The notes under the pieces: generated by a model | What the model was told of the DNA's origin: nothing | The model's database searches: none | What the model saw: the letters and a program-made list of their open reading frames with translations, nothing else | Made by a program: the position numbers and the translations under genes | In this document: positions 29,168 to 42,652 of the stretch, in pieces | Layout of the letters: each line of letters opens with the position of its first letter | How positions within the stretch are numbered: position 1 is the first letter of the stretch | Origin: Eledone cirrhosa | Lineage: Eukaryota | Assembly: GCA_964016885.1 (NCBI GenBank) | Contig: OZ024742.1 | Span: 195,238,001-195,302,000 of the forward strand | DNA length: 64,000 nt | Reading direction: 5' to 3'

Positions 29168-29700
29168 TAAAATAACAGATTAAAGTTTAAGCAAAGAATC
29201 GCTGCTTTCACCCTTAACGGGATCTTCTGAAACTAACAAAGTCAATCTGTTAACGCAGAAGTGAATATTTCAAAAAACGTTGCAACCGGAGGAAGTCAGG
29301 AAGACGATACTTTGGTTGGTGGAAACGTTCCCTGGCAAAGAACGGGAAAAAACGAATATTATACGTCATTATTTGGAGCGGTGAAAAACAATGACACGCA
29401 AAGACAAAACCACGTTTATGGTATAAAAGAAGTCGTAGACTAATATTCTACTAGGTGGTTCATAGAGACGTTCTCTGGCAATGAACGGAAAAAACGAAGA
29501 TAATACGTCATTATGTGGAGCGTAGAGAACAATTTCACGCAAAGACAAAACCACGTAAATGATATAATTGAAGTCGTAGACTAAAATTCTAACTATGAAA
29601 CCGAATGATTCTCGGCTTCAGAGTTAAGAATAAAGTAAATAAAATACAGAGGTAATTGAAATTAAATAAATATATACACGCATCCATATACGCACATACA
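29161..29700. repeat. TA-anchored dispersed repeat (also 22470-22665, 49985-50312, 52892-53041, 77-96)
   Basis: Shared terminus TTTATTAAAATAACAGATTAAAGTTTAAGC; ~140-bp internal duplication. Confidence 0.8.
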
Positions 29701-30557
29701 CAAGCATACGTGAAAACATTCGCCATAGGTAATCAAATAGTCTTCAAATTTATTATTATTACTATATATATATATATATAGTAAGATTATGTTTTCGAGG
29801 CAATCCAAATTGAATCGACAATCCGTCACTCCTATGTGGAAAAAGTACGTGGAGTGCTTGAATTGAATTGCATCAATATTTACCTTAATAATTTAGCTCC
29901 AAAGCGTTGAGCGCTCTATGGTGTAACCGATATAGTGGAGGAGAGAGGAACCAGCCATCAGCTACACCCGGAAATTCCCTCTACCATGGGGATTGATTAC
30001 ACACACTGGAAATCCCTGCTACTGGACGGACATAAAATTATAAACTAACTTTCGACAGGATAAATACGCGGAACTAAAAACAACGATAAACCCCTTATTT
30101 TCCTGCAGCAAATTGCATTTGCATAAAGGCATTGAACGGAAGCCCCCTCACTCCATCAGATAACGAATTTTTATATGCACTTTACATGGACAAAATTGAC
30201 AATCATTTTAACCACCTATATATTCATTTCCATACAGTTTAGCTTCCTCGTATATGTTTCTCATATATATCTCCTATCTCATTTTAGATATATATCTCCT
30301 ATCTCACTTTGCATCTATTTATTTTTGGTATTTTTGGTATTTTATATTTTGTATTTTTTATTTTGATTCATGTGATAGAGATATTAACTATGTATTTGCT
30401 TAATTACTACGTTTCATACTGTAATTTACCCTCCGATCTACTGTACGGTACTATCGTTAAATATATGGATAATATATCTGTAATATTGATCCCCCTTTCA
30501 AAACTTCTTACGATAATTTAAACATCTCTCTATTTATGAGTTATTATATTTACATAG

Positions 30558-30749
30558 GGCGGTGGCTTGGCAGTATCAGTAGACCATCGGACGTCATGCT
30601 TTGACGCATAGAGTTACGGCCCTTGCCATTCTGAGTTCAAATCCCGCCGAGGTTAACTTTGCCTTTCATCCTTACGAGGTCGATAAAATAAAGTACCAGT
30701 AATGCACTGGGGTAATTGCTGGCCTTGTGCCAAAAGTAGAAACAATTAT
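30558..30749 (+). mobile_element. tRNA-derived SINE (octopod type)
   Basis: A box TGGCAGTATCAG, B box GAGTTCAAATCC, core CTTTGCCTTTCATCCTT..GTCGATAAAATAAAGTACCAG. Confidence 0.88.
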
Positions 30750-31291
30750 ATGTACATATTTTTTTACTTACTTCAATCAAGATTTTAACTTGTAATTTTT
30801 TTATTTTTTTCTTTTTCTTTTTTTTATTTTTTATTTCTAATTTTTAATCCTAATTTGCACTGTGAAACCATAATACCTAGAAATAAGTATATATTCTCTT
30901 AGTGGGTGATGGTCAATTCTATTGTCCATGCTTAATTTAGGGGTAGTATTGAGACCTATTGAAACTCATACTCTCCCAACCCCACTAGGTTTCGGCCAAC
31001 TGCCACTGGCAGGGCGACTAGCAGTAAACTATAACCGTGTCATATTACAGACCTGGATTGGGTGATTGTTTGGTTGAGAGGGGGACCTGCCTAGGCAAGT
31101 TTCGTAGAACTTTGGGGTAGTTGATGGTCAACTTCCTTCGGACTTGCGCCTGAGCAGACCGGTGGGGGTGAATTGGGACTCACAGGGGCACGGGCGAAGG
31201 ATTCAGGAGCACACGCTTTGTCTGTTCCCCTGTCGATTCAATTTGGATTGCCTCGGAAACAAATCGGAAACATAACCTTATTATGTAAGAA

Positions 31292-31366
31292 GCTGTCTGA
31301 TGATGTCACGGCACTGGGTACACCGAAGCGTGTGGTCACTGTCGTCATTGAAATATGTATCACAGC
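31292..31366 (+). ncRNA. Type I hammerhead with long stem II
   Basis: GCTGT-CTGATGA-TGTCACGGCA...TGTCGTCATT-GAAA-TATGTA-TC-ACAGC. Confidence 0.75.
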
Positions 31367-31733
31367 ATTATCATTAAAGGACTTTAACATCTGAAACTAC
31401 TTCGCTTTTTATTATTCATTATATACTCCGTCACTCCTATGTGGAAAAAAGTACGTGGAGTGCTTGAATTGAATTGTATCAATGTTTACCTATATATATA
31501 TATATATCCAGGGGGTGTAACTTGGAGTTACAGCAGGTTCACCAAAGACTTCTGTCTTTACCACATAGCATGTATTTCATCTTCTTATATCATTTTAAAG
31601 GGTCCGTCGAGCTGGCGATCATTGAGTCGGGTAGGATCGATACAGATGGAACCTTGAGCTGATCAGAGGCGAAACGCGTGTGACCTACCAATAAATGTAA
31701 TGAAGGAGTAACCAATCGTCCTTGTTATACTTT

Positions 31734-31829
<96 letters not shown>

Positions 31830-31845
31830 AAAGTATAACAAGGAC

Positions 31846-32460
31846 AAACACACCGAGCATTATAATAAATGTTCGGTGAATCCATACGTGCATATATATA
31901 TGTGTGCATGTATGTATATATATATATATATATATACTACTGTACGTCGGTATACATATATGTATGTACGTGTACATACTTATATTTAAGTAACAGCCGT
32001 ACTAAGAGTGGGAAATGAAATATCGTTTCATTTTTTCCGTTTATCGTTTTCGGTGCACCCGGCCGATTAACCCACTCGATATGCAAATTGGGCTACTCAG
32101 CCGTTAATATGCATAAGGTAAGTATATACGTTCAACAATCTGGCAGGAAGGTATACGTTGCTGACGATAGCTAACAAGCTTGAAACTAGTACAGCGTTCC
32201 TTTGTCAGTGTTGAACAAACGAGCAACGGTGGTTGCTAGACACTACGGCTTAATACGGGATGTTTGTTTACAAACACACCGAGCATTATAATAAATGTTC
32301 GGTGAATCCATACGTGCATTTATATATGTGTGCATGTATGTATATATATATATACATACTACTGTACGTCGGTATACATATATGTATGTACGTGTACATA
32401 CTTATATTTAAGTAACAGCCGTACTAAGAGTGGGAAATGAAATATCGTTTCATTTTTTCC

Positions 32461-32465
<5 letters not shown>
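31846..32465 (+). mobile_element. Non-LTR retrozyme-like partial tandem, 426-bp unit
   Basis: AAACACACCGAGC at 31846 and 32272; contains a hammerhead; no meaningful ORF; ends in (TA)n. Confidence 0.85.
32155..32197 (+). ncRNA. Minimal type I hammerhead
   Basis: ACGTTG-CTGACGA-TAGCT aaca AGCTT-GAAA-CTAG-TA-CAGCGT. Confidence 0.88.
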
Positions 32466-32508
<43 letters not shown>

Positions 32509-32714
32509 ATATATATATCCGTATATATATATATATGTTATAGTTTGCTTGAAGCATAGTATATAATATATAACGTTGAAAGAGATAAAAGAACAACAAC
32601 AAAACCGTGATTACCAGGTATCTTTTACTTTTCGTTACCTAATCTTACAGTCCATTTTGCATTGTTTAGCCTTCTATCTCTTTCAAGGTTATATATATAT
32701 ATATATATATATAT

Positions 32715-33547
32715 GGTACCTCCGTAAAAACACTTATTAGCAAGACATACCCTTTTCAAAGACCCTCATGTATAGATAAGAAATGTATAACCTGTAAAAT
32801 AAGCCCCCATATTAACTGTAAAACTAGAAATGTAGTGTATAGCATAAGATGTACTGAAGGACAATGTAGAGACAAAAATATAGTGTACATAGGTGAGACA
32901 GCTCGTAGTGTAGGGGAACGGATAAATGAACACTGGCGAGACCTTCAAGATAATAAAGAATCATCTGTACTCTACCAACATGCTAAGATAGAACACAAGG
33001 GTAAATTAGAGAACATAGAAATAAAAATAGAATCTACACACAGAAAAGACGCAATGTTTAGACAAATTACAGAGGCAATAAACATAAAAGAATTACAACC
33101 AAAATTAAATAGAAATATGAGTGGAACAACAACATCACAACTTACAATTAAGGACAAAATGAAAACACACACACACATAGAACAAACAACCAACCAGTAA
33201 CATGTAAATAAACAAATAAATAAATGAACATAAACACACACAGACACCCGGATGTGGCGCATGCGCAGACTGAGCACACAACACACACAGAGAAACAAAA
33301 TGGCGTAGGACAGAACAAAGGAGAGGCACAGAAACAAAGAAAGGAATCCCCAGTCACTGAAGAGGTCACAGAGTGTGTGACGAAAGAACTATGACTATAT
33401 ATAAACAACTATCTGGTTGTGGAACCAACCAACCAACCAGAAATTTATAAATTTATAAATTTATAAATATATAATAAATTGAAGTGAAAGCAACTGGTGC
33501 GCGTGTTTCTTATTGGCAACATGACCCTCCCAAAGTATAACAATATC
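32715..33547 (+). mobile_element. 5'-truncated copy of PLE-1 (GIY-YIG + 3' UTR)
   Basis: Closely similar to the reverse complement of 5691-6633; YSIRC..YIGETARS. Confidence 0.92.
33352..33396 (+). ncRNA. Type I hammerhead (PLE-1)
   Basis: AGTCA-CTGAAGA-GGTCACA gagtg TGTGAC-GAAA-GAAC-TA-TGACT. Confidence 0.85.
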
Positions 33548-33757
33548 GGTTTCAACACACGATTTCAGATAAAGAATCTTGCTAAACAAATTCAGAAACG
33601 AAATATATATATATATATAGGAACGAGTAGGACCCCGACGGCTGAGTTCAAGCCGTTTCGACGGGGTCCTATTCGTTCCTATTACACACTCTAGTACCCT
33701 AAGTATTGAGTACTTTGGTGTGTTATGGTCCACCTGGTTCCTTACCACATTTTCTTC

Positions 33758-33836
<79 letters not shown>

Positions 33837-34417
33837 TAGAAAGTGAGGTTTTTTTTACAAAATGAAAAATAACCGAGGTGTCCTACACGAGTGAAAGTAT
33901 AAAGAAAAAGAGATGAAATCGAAAATGCAACTGGAGTCTTATTTTTTTTTAAATACAGATGGAACCTTGAGCTGATCAGAGGCGAAACGCGTGTGACCTA
34001 CCAATAAATGTAATGAAGGAGTAACCAATCGTCATTGTTATACTTTCAATATATATATATATATTTATATATATATATATAAAAACCACAGATTATCCAT
34101 CTCAACTCACCTTTTGAAAAAAAGCAGAAGAACTGCAAAACCGGTAAAGGAACCAAATAAATATATATATTTTTTTTTAAAAATAAGACTCCAGTTGCAT
34201 TTTCGATTTCATCTCTTTTTCTTTATATATATATATATATATATACATACATACATACATATAAATATATATATATATATATATATGCAAAAGTTCTATT
34301 TAAAATTGTTGGGATACAACAAGTAAATATTTTATAACTGATATAAAGCACTCGACAAGTTTTTGGAGTAGATATACGATATTAAATAAATGGAAACTAT
34401 ATTTATAAAACCATATT

Positions 34418-34482
34418 TATTTCATTATACATATTTCAGGGATACCAAATTAAAATATGGTATGCCTTCATCAGACAAAATA
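34418..34482 (-). ncRNA. Type I hammerhead (related to 1182)
   Basis: TATTTTGT-CTGATGA-AGGCATACCA tattttaatt TGGTATCCCT-GAAA-TATGTA-TA-ATGAAATA. Confidence 0.82.
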
Positions 34483-34898
34483 CAATATATAAACAGTTTT
34501 ATAAATAATTTTGACGTACCCTATTAGATGCAACCATTATTTTTGGAAGCTGTCTGGATAGTGAGATGTTTATAATTATTTTATTAGTTATAGTGTTAAG
34601 CACAGTTAGAAAAAGACGGAGAGAAAGAAAAAACGGAGAGAGAGAAGGAGAGAGAAAAAGAAGGAGAGAGAGAAAAAGAAAACCTGGAGAAATACCGGAG
34701 AGAGAGAGAAATGTATGTAGAAAATAAAGATATAAATAGATAGGAGGAAATAAAAAATAAAGAAAAAAAAATAAAGAAAAAAAAAGAAAAAAAAAGAAGA
34801 AAAAAAGAAAAAAAAAGAAAAAAAAAAGAAAAAAGAAAAAATAATTATCATATATATATATATCAGTTTCAAAAAGAAAAAAGAAAAAATAATTATCG

Positions 34899-34930
<32 letters not shown>

Positions 34931-36197
34931 TTTCAAAAAGTATCCCGCATGGCTAATATCATGCAAAACGAATCAAGAACGGTAGGCGAAGACAACAGAA
35001 AAACGGACGCAACCCTTCTCATCAGTCGACATCTGAAGGTCCGTAGTTTCGGTATTTTTAATGTCAATACCACTAGCTCCATTGCCCATAGGACAGTACC
35101 AAATTGAAACAAGACGAGACGATTGGTCTTTCGACTATTTACAAATGAAATAAATGTGCTACAAATCAATGTGCTGTAACTGAAATGAAGAGATAGAGAC
35201 AAAGGCCAACATATTTGATAATAAAAGAAAGGATGCTTCGAAAATGAAGTGAAAAGGGAAATGATGGAAGAGACAAATAATATACAAACATTAATAATAA
35301 AAATGTTCGTATCCCGATATAGTAAAGTTGCACACGGAATATAAGAAACATGTGGAACGAAGGAACAAAAGCATCTATATTCCTCCTCAGCCAGCCCATG
35401 GGAATGCAATTTCGTGCATAAGGGTGGCCTAACATAATACTAAGCCATAAATATGCATGTGCCAGAGATCAACATGGAAGCAAGGAAAACAACAGAATGT
35501 ATTTCAACTAGGTTGGCAAAGTAAGTACGTAAACAAATAATAATAAAAAGGTTTACGACTGGAAGAAGGACATTATACGCCACAGGTAATTGTGCCAAAG
35601 CTAAAGCATACAGCAGGAAGATATAAACAAACTTCCGTCAAAGAAGTAAATGTAAATGAGTGCAGACAAACATGTCTTGTCTCTTTTGACGCCAGGTAAT
35701 GAAAGAAAGAAGGACCAGAAAATACGAACTAGTAACTGAGCATGCGTCACCAAGGCGGGGAGAGGACGGAGAGAGAGAAAGAAGATAACAGACGGGTAAA
35801 AAGGGAGAGGGTGATAGAAAGCGAGAAAGGGAGATTTATCTCGTTAGTAAACAAACAGGTATCAAGGTATGTAATTAGTCTGTCACTTTAAGTTTCACGA
35901 TTGACCTTCTATGAAAGACAGTGTTGAAGACTACATCAGAGATACGATGTTTGGGTCGAGACATCTGCCATCTGCATATTGGGTTCGATCGGTTGCGATG
36001 AAATTAAATGATTAATCCTCATCTTATTATATTTTCTCAATTATTCTATTGTTTCATGTTGATTTTTTAAATTATATTTTTTCCTTTTTTTTTTTCTTTT
36101 TTTTTTTCCTTTCGTACTTCCAATTTTCATTAATATCGTTTTTCAAATCCAACGAGCTCTGAGGGAAATGAAGAGAAGAAATTCATTATTTTATAAA

Positions 36198-36272
<75 letters not shown>

Positions 36273-36659
36273 CGTTTTGTTGTTATTTTTGCTGTCTTTA
36301 AACTAGCCGTTAGACGTCACTGTGACGTCAGCAGTTCAATATGGTTGCCAATCACATCTGCGTCCGGCCAAATAGATGATGCTTAAGTTTTTAAGCAAAC
36401 AAACGAAATGAAAGAAGAAAGAAAGGAAAGAAGGAAAGGACGAGGAGAGTATAAAAAAAACAACAACATTGGCAACGAGGAAAAATAAAGCAACACTAAT
36501 AAATACCCACTTGGCACACAACGAAACGAAGAGAATGAACATTTTTTTATCAACTTTTACTGAATCTATTATTATTGCTATTATTATTGTTATTATTTTA
36601 GTCTTTAATATATTTTCTTTTACTATTAATAACATTTTTGTTGGCTTTTATATAGCATG

Positions 36660-36685
36660 TTATTATTATTGTTGTTGTTGTTGTT

Positions 36686-36718
<33 letters not shown>

Positions 36719-37091
36719 ACGTCTTTGTTTTTTTTGTTTTTCGCGAAACGAAAATATAAAAAGAAAATAACGAACTCCAAGATTAACAAGTTCAATAGTA
36801 ATTGTTCTAAATCGTTGTTGTTGATGATGATGATGGTGGTGGGGTGGCGGGGTGGGGGCATTGTGTTGTGGTGGATGATGGATGGGGGGGTATTGGTTGC
36901 GAGGGTGGGGGGTGAAGATGATAGTGATGATGATGGTGAAGATGATGATGAACATGATAGTTATGATGATGATGATAATGATGATGATGATGGTGGTGAT
37001 GATGATGGTGATGATGATGATGATGATGATGGTGATGAACATGGTAGTTATGATGATGATGATGATGATGATGGTGATGAACATGGTAGTT

Positions 37092-37124
<33 letters not shown>

Positions 37125-37806
37125 GTGATGATGGTGATGAACATGGTAGTTATGATGATGATGATGATGACGACGATGATGATGATGATGATGACGACGA
37201 CGACGACGACAACGACGCTGACTATGACGCTGACGATGATGATGAGGAGGAGGAGGAGATGGCGAGGATGGTGATGATGATGGTGGCGAGGATGGTGATG
37301 ATGGCGAGGTAAATGGTCATGATTAAAATGATGATGACAATGCTCCTAATAAAGATGATGATGATGATGGCGATGACGAGGATGGTGACAAAGATGATGA
37401 TGGTGACGATAGCGATGATGACAAGAAGAAGAACGATGATAATTATAATGATGATGACGATGATGATGATGATGATGATGATTGTAATGATGATATTGAT
37501 GAGGTTCCTCTTATTGTTTGTGTCCGACTGTGGGGGAGAGTTGGAGGCAAGAGGTAATAATTCATTAAAAACCTATTGATTGGCAACAATATCGCCTTGA
37601 ATTGATTATATATATATATATATATATCTGTATATATATATGTATATATATATGTATATATATATATGTATATGTGTGTGTGTGTGTGTATATATACATA
37701 CATATATATACAGACACATATATATATATATACACATACATATATATATACATACATACATATATATGTGTGTGTATATATATATATGTGTATATATGTG
37801 TGTGTG

Positions 37807-37837
<31 letters not shown>

Positions 37838-38123
37838 ATATATACATACATATATATACAGACACATATATATATATATACACATACATATATATATACA
37901 TACATACATATATATGTGTGTGTATATATATATATGTGTGTATATATGTGTGTGTGTATATATATATATGTGTGTGTGTGTGTGTATATATACATACATA
38001 TATATACAGACACATATATATATATATATACACATACATATATATATACATACATACATATATATGTGTGTGTATATATATATATGTATGTGTGTGTATA
38101 TATGTGTGTGTGTATATATATAC

Positions 38124-38168
<45 letters not shown>

Positions 38169-38250
38169 CGTGTGTAATTATATATTTGTGTGTATATTTA
38201 TATATGTATATATGTATATATGTATAAATATAGATATATATACACATATT
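36660..38250. repeat. Trinucleotide microsatellites and a ~125-bp compound TA/CA/TG higher-order repeat
   Basis: Direct reading; CAGACACATA recurs about every 125 bp in 37700-38020. Confidence 0.9.
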
Positions 38251-39165
38251 GATTAGAAGAATTAAATGCTTGAAAAATGAAAATACCTTCAGGTCCGCAT
38301 CCAGAACAAAAGATATTTGTTGAGTTTAAAATTCCAATACAATTATCACGTGACTCAAGGTTCTTTATCATGTGATTATTTATATGGAATTTTTCTGAAT
38401 GTACCAATCAAGGAATATGGAATGGACCTACATCTGTTTCGACGAGTAGTGCTCCAATAATTCGATCAAAGGAACAGCATGTTCATGAAATTAACACACA
38501 AGTGCTGAGTATTCCACAGACACGTTTGCCCTGTATGTAATTCTCAGGGAGACTCGGCGTGACTGTGTGTGATATGTTTGTATTCGTAAAACGCAATTTG
38601 TTTTATCTTTTAGCTTTATTTTTATTTACAGTTGTATAAATAACATTACAAATTGGTCACAATTTATTCAGAATGAAAATAGAAACACAAATATAAACAC
38701 ATAATAAATACAATTAACTATTGTTATGAACCTTATTAATATAACGTACCAGAATATACGATCAAAGAGAGACAGGTAGGGTGAGAGAGAAAGGGGGAAC
38801 CAAAAACAAAACGACCATCAATTGATCATCTAGTGCGACAATCGGCCGCACCACATCACAAGGGTTAACAGAATATTTTCAGGCGAGCCAATACGTTCGC
38901 AACATTACCACGGGTGGTGGCGGGGCTAAGGTGCTGAAACAATCAGGCACCCTCATAGGCATCAGCTGACTTCTCAGTAAGGCGAGCCGCCAACGATGAC
39001 AAGAACTTCGTGTGTCAGCGACCCAATTCCACCAAATGTCTCGAATGCCACAGACTGGAAAAATTAATCGTTTGATAGTTCCCGTTCGGATTTTATTCCG
39101 TTCGGCAACGGAAGCGGTGACACTCATATTTGCCGCAACATGTATGATATAAACACATATAATGA

Positions 39166-39367
39166 TTTCTAGTATAGGCACAAGGCCAGTAATTTAGGGG
39201 AGGGGAAAGTCGATTAAATCGACTCCAGTACGTTACTGGTGCTTTATTTTATCGACCCTGTAAGGATGAGAGGCAAAGTTAACCTCGGCGGCATTTGAAC
39301 TCAGACCGTAACTCTATGCTGCAAAGCATGGTGACCGACTCTTTACCGACGCTGCCAATCCACCGCC
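39166..39367 (-). mobile_element. tRNA-derived SINE
   Basis: Same core as 30558. Confidence 0.85.
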
Positions 39368-39749
39368 CTATAAACTCATATAATAAATAAATACAATTAA
39401 CTATTGCTAGGAACCGCACAAATACAACGAACCAAAATATACGATCAAAGCGAAAGAAAGAAACGACCATCCAAGTGCGATGATTGGCCCCATATCACAA
39501 AGGATATTGTTATAATTACAGACACAGTCTATCCGAGCATTTCCCAAGCACTTTCCATCTACCCAATTTCACTCATAAGGCATGGGTCAGCCCAAGGCTT
39601 TTGGTATAGGACACGTGACCAATATTCCACACTGTGAAATCGAACTCGGAAATCAATATAACTTGACAATGTTTTTTTTTTTATTTATTTATTCCATGTT
39701 ATAAAATAACATTACAGACGATAAATCAATTCACAGTCGTATAAATAAC

Positions 39750-39895
39750 GGTTTCTGATTTAGGCACAATGTCAACAATTTGAGGGGAAGGGGGAAGGTG
39801 ATAAATAAACCCGAGTGCATTACTGGTACTTTATTTTATTGACCTTGTAAGGATGAAAGGCAAAGCTAACCTCGGTGGGATTTGAACTCATGAGG
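39750..39895 (-). mobile_element. SINE, partial
   Basis: Same core as 30558. Confidence 0.75.
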
Positions 39896-40234
39896 AAAGA
39901 GTCGTAATTCAATACCACAAATAGTGATGGAAATATGAAAGAAGAAAAAAAAGAAAAAAGGATAAAAACAAAACCAAGCAATGAACAGAGGGAGGAGGGG
40001 CAGATCTGACTGTATAAGAAAGTAGGAGAAAAGGCTATGATTGAGAAACGAACAGCTGGTCATTTGGTCGTGATGTGTCCACTCCGCTGTGTCCACTCCA
40101 ATCAAGGATACGGCAACATATTCTCTATAATCTTATTTATATATAAAAAAAATTCCTGTACGCTGGATATGATTTTGTTATTGTGGAGGAGGAGGAGAAG
40201 GAGGGAGATGGATGGATCCACAGTCGGTTATGAC

Positions 40235-41640
40235 GATGAGCATTCCACAGACACGTATATCCTTAAATAAATTCTCAGAGTAATTCAGCATGACACTGTA
40301 TGACAAAGTTGGTCCTTTCAAATACTGGTACATTTCAACTTGTATTATAGAGTAAGTGGCCTAACATTCCACAGACATGCGCACTCTTAATCTAATTCCC
40401 AAGGATATTCACCGTAACACAATATGTTAGAAGGTTCGTCCCTTAAATTACAGATACAGTATATCTGTTAGACACGCAGTGACTAACAACAGAATGTTTT
40501 AAGTCTGTGTGTCTGTGTTGATATGTGATGTGATGTGACATACATGCGTAGCTTGTGAATAAAAGTTTCAAGGGGTATCGCTGGCCGTGGTGATTTCTCC
40601 CAAACATTTTTGTAATGTATCGTCTTATTGGCTAATTTCATCGTCTTATTGGGTAATCAACCAACGAGAATAATTGTTGCTCAAAAGCACCCGCCACTTT
40701 TTTTCCACGTTTATTTATCCTTTCGCTTTCGAATCTTCCTCCAGTATTTCGTCGTTTTATCATCAAAATATTTTTCTCGTTTTGGTAAGTTATATTGTTA
40801 ATTTATATATGATTTTTTAAATTTATATTAACTATTAAAAGTCTGAAAATATTTTTATACATATTACAATAATATTTATAAGATCATTTATAAAATAACA
40901 ATTATATAATCTAATTACATTACAACGATAATTTATTATTAATATATATCATGTTTAACTAGAGTTATTACAAGCGTTGCCTTAGAAAAATATTAAACTA
41001 GACCAGAAAAATGCGCAAGCTCAAAAGAGCCACAGAATGTTATAATAAACCTTCAAAAGTGTGGGACTAGAGTTGTTGCTCAAAAATATTGTAATCATTA
41101 TCTATCGTACACTCTGTGGCATCCTTTTATAAAAAAAAAGAGACTCATAACGAACTCAAGACGACACGATAATTATTTAAGTGAATTTATAATATAGAAT
41201 TCGGTTTAAGTGCATTTCGTATTAATCATTACTAAACATCTAATATGAGATATTGAACATTAGCTTAAATAATTATCGTGTCGTCATGAGTTCGTTATGA
41301 GTCTCTTTTTTATAAAAGGATGCCACAGAGTGTACGATAGATAATGATTACAATATTTTTGAGCAACAACTCTAGTCCCACACTTTTGAAGGTTTATTAT
41401 AACATTCTGAGGCTCTTTAGAGCTTGCGCATTTTTCAGGTCTAGTATAGAAAGTGACTGAGCATCCCACAAACACGTGCACCCTTAAGCTAATTCACAAG
41501 GAATGAATTAGTTTAAGGGTGACACAATATGGTAGAAGGTTGGTCCCTTAAATTACAGATACAGTCTATATAGAATTATATAGAAAGGGGATGAGTATTT
41601 CACAAACACATGTGACTTTAACGTAATTCCCAGAACGTAA
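40235..41640 (+). repeat. Diverged ~120-bp tandem/dispersed repeat interrupted by a Helitron (relatives near 16080, 38480, 48520)
   Basis: Recurrent CATTCCACAGACACGT..CTTAA..AATTC..GACAC..AAGGTTGGTCC..AATTACAG. Confidence 0.7.
40464..41444 (+). mobile_element. Non-autonomous Helitron-like element
   Basis: A|TC...GGCTCT tt AGAGCT hairpin...CTAG|T, no TSD; interrupts the 120-bp repeat. Confidence 0.7.
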
Positions 41641-41866
41641 AGAATAGGAACAAATACCGTGAGACATTCGGTTCAATTTTTAACGATTCTGTCGTTATTG
41701 TTACTGTTGTTGTTGTTCTCACTTTATTTCTTTTCTCTCTTCCCTTCTTCTCACTAGTAACATCTATCGTTGTCTTACCAAGTGCGTGTGTGCGTTGATG
41801 TTCTCTCTCCTTCACTCACTGCCGCCATCTCTCTCACTCTCCCCATCTTTCACTATTATAAGCAAA

Positions 41867-42058
41867 GGCCGGGCTGGCAGTATCGGTAGAGGGTCGGATG
41901 CCATGCTTTGCAGCATAGAGTTACAGCCCCTTTACGATCTGAGTTCAAATCCCGCCGGGGTTAACTTTGCCTTTCATCCTTACGGGGTCGATGAAATAAA
42001 GTACCAGTAATGCACTGGGCTAATTGCTGGCCTTGTGCCAAACGTAGAAACAACTATT
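41867..42058 (+). mobile_element. tRNA-derived SINE
   Basis: A/B boxes and shared core. Confidence 0.88.
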
Positions 42059-42446
42059 ATAAGCAAATGGCAGCGCACACACTGGGTGCCCCGTGACCCC
42101 GGCGGACAGGACAGAGAAGGCGTTTCTCCGGAGGATGGTGAGGGAGACGAGTTTGAAAAGCCATTCCAGCTCACGTGGCTCACACCTGTTGGTAGCCAAC
42201 TCCATGCCGTTGGTGGTGTGTAGTATGGTTGTCCTAGGATCAAGGAGACCAGAGGTTTCTAGTTATTTTTGCTATTGTTATTGTGGTTTTCGTTGTTGCT
42301 ACAGCTCACATTACTCTAAGGGTTAACCCCAGATAATGCTGGTACTCGATTTTGTTTTTTTTTTGTTTTGGTTTTGGCTTTGGGTTTCTTTCAAATGATT
42401 TCACTGTAACAACGTAAAATTAAATGTCTTGCTCAAGAATATAATG

Positions 42447-42652
42447 ATTTTACTATAGGCACAAGGCCAGCAATTTGGGAAGAGGGGAAAGTCGATAAAA
42501 TCGACCACAGTGCGTTACTGGTACTTTATTTTATCGAGCCCGTAAGGATGAAAAGCAAAGCTAACTTCGGCGGGATTTGAATTCAGAAAGTAAAGGGCCG
42601 TAACTCTATGACACTAAGAATGTTGTCCGACGCTCTACCAATACTGCCAATC
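42447..42652 (-). mobile_element. tRNA-derived SINE
   Basis: Shared core. Confidence 0.85.

Larger units (their letters stand above)
29822..31490 (+). mobile_element. 1.6-kb non-coding hammerhead element with ~63-bp terminal direct repeat
   Basis: 29822-29884 matches 31427-31490; hammerhead at 31292; ends in (TA)n. Confidence 0.65.

Noticed and set aside
30558-30650. tRNA gene
   Set aside because: The A/B boxes belong to SINE heads; no cloverleaf.
35010-35055. Minus-strand GAAAC..GTC..CTGATGA (type II hammerhead?)
   Set aside because: Only 2 nt available for stem I and no stem II pairing.
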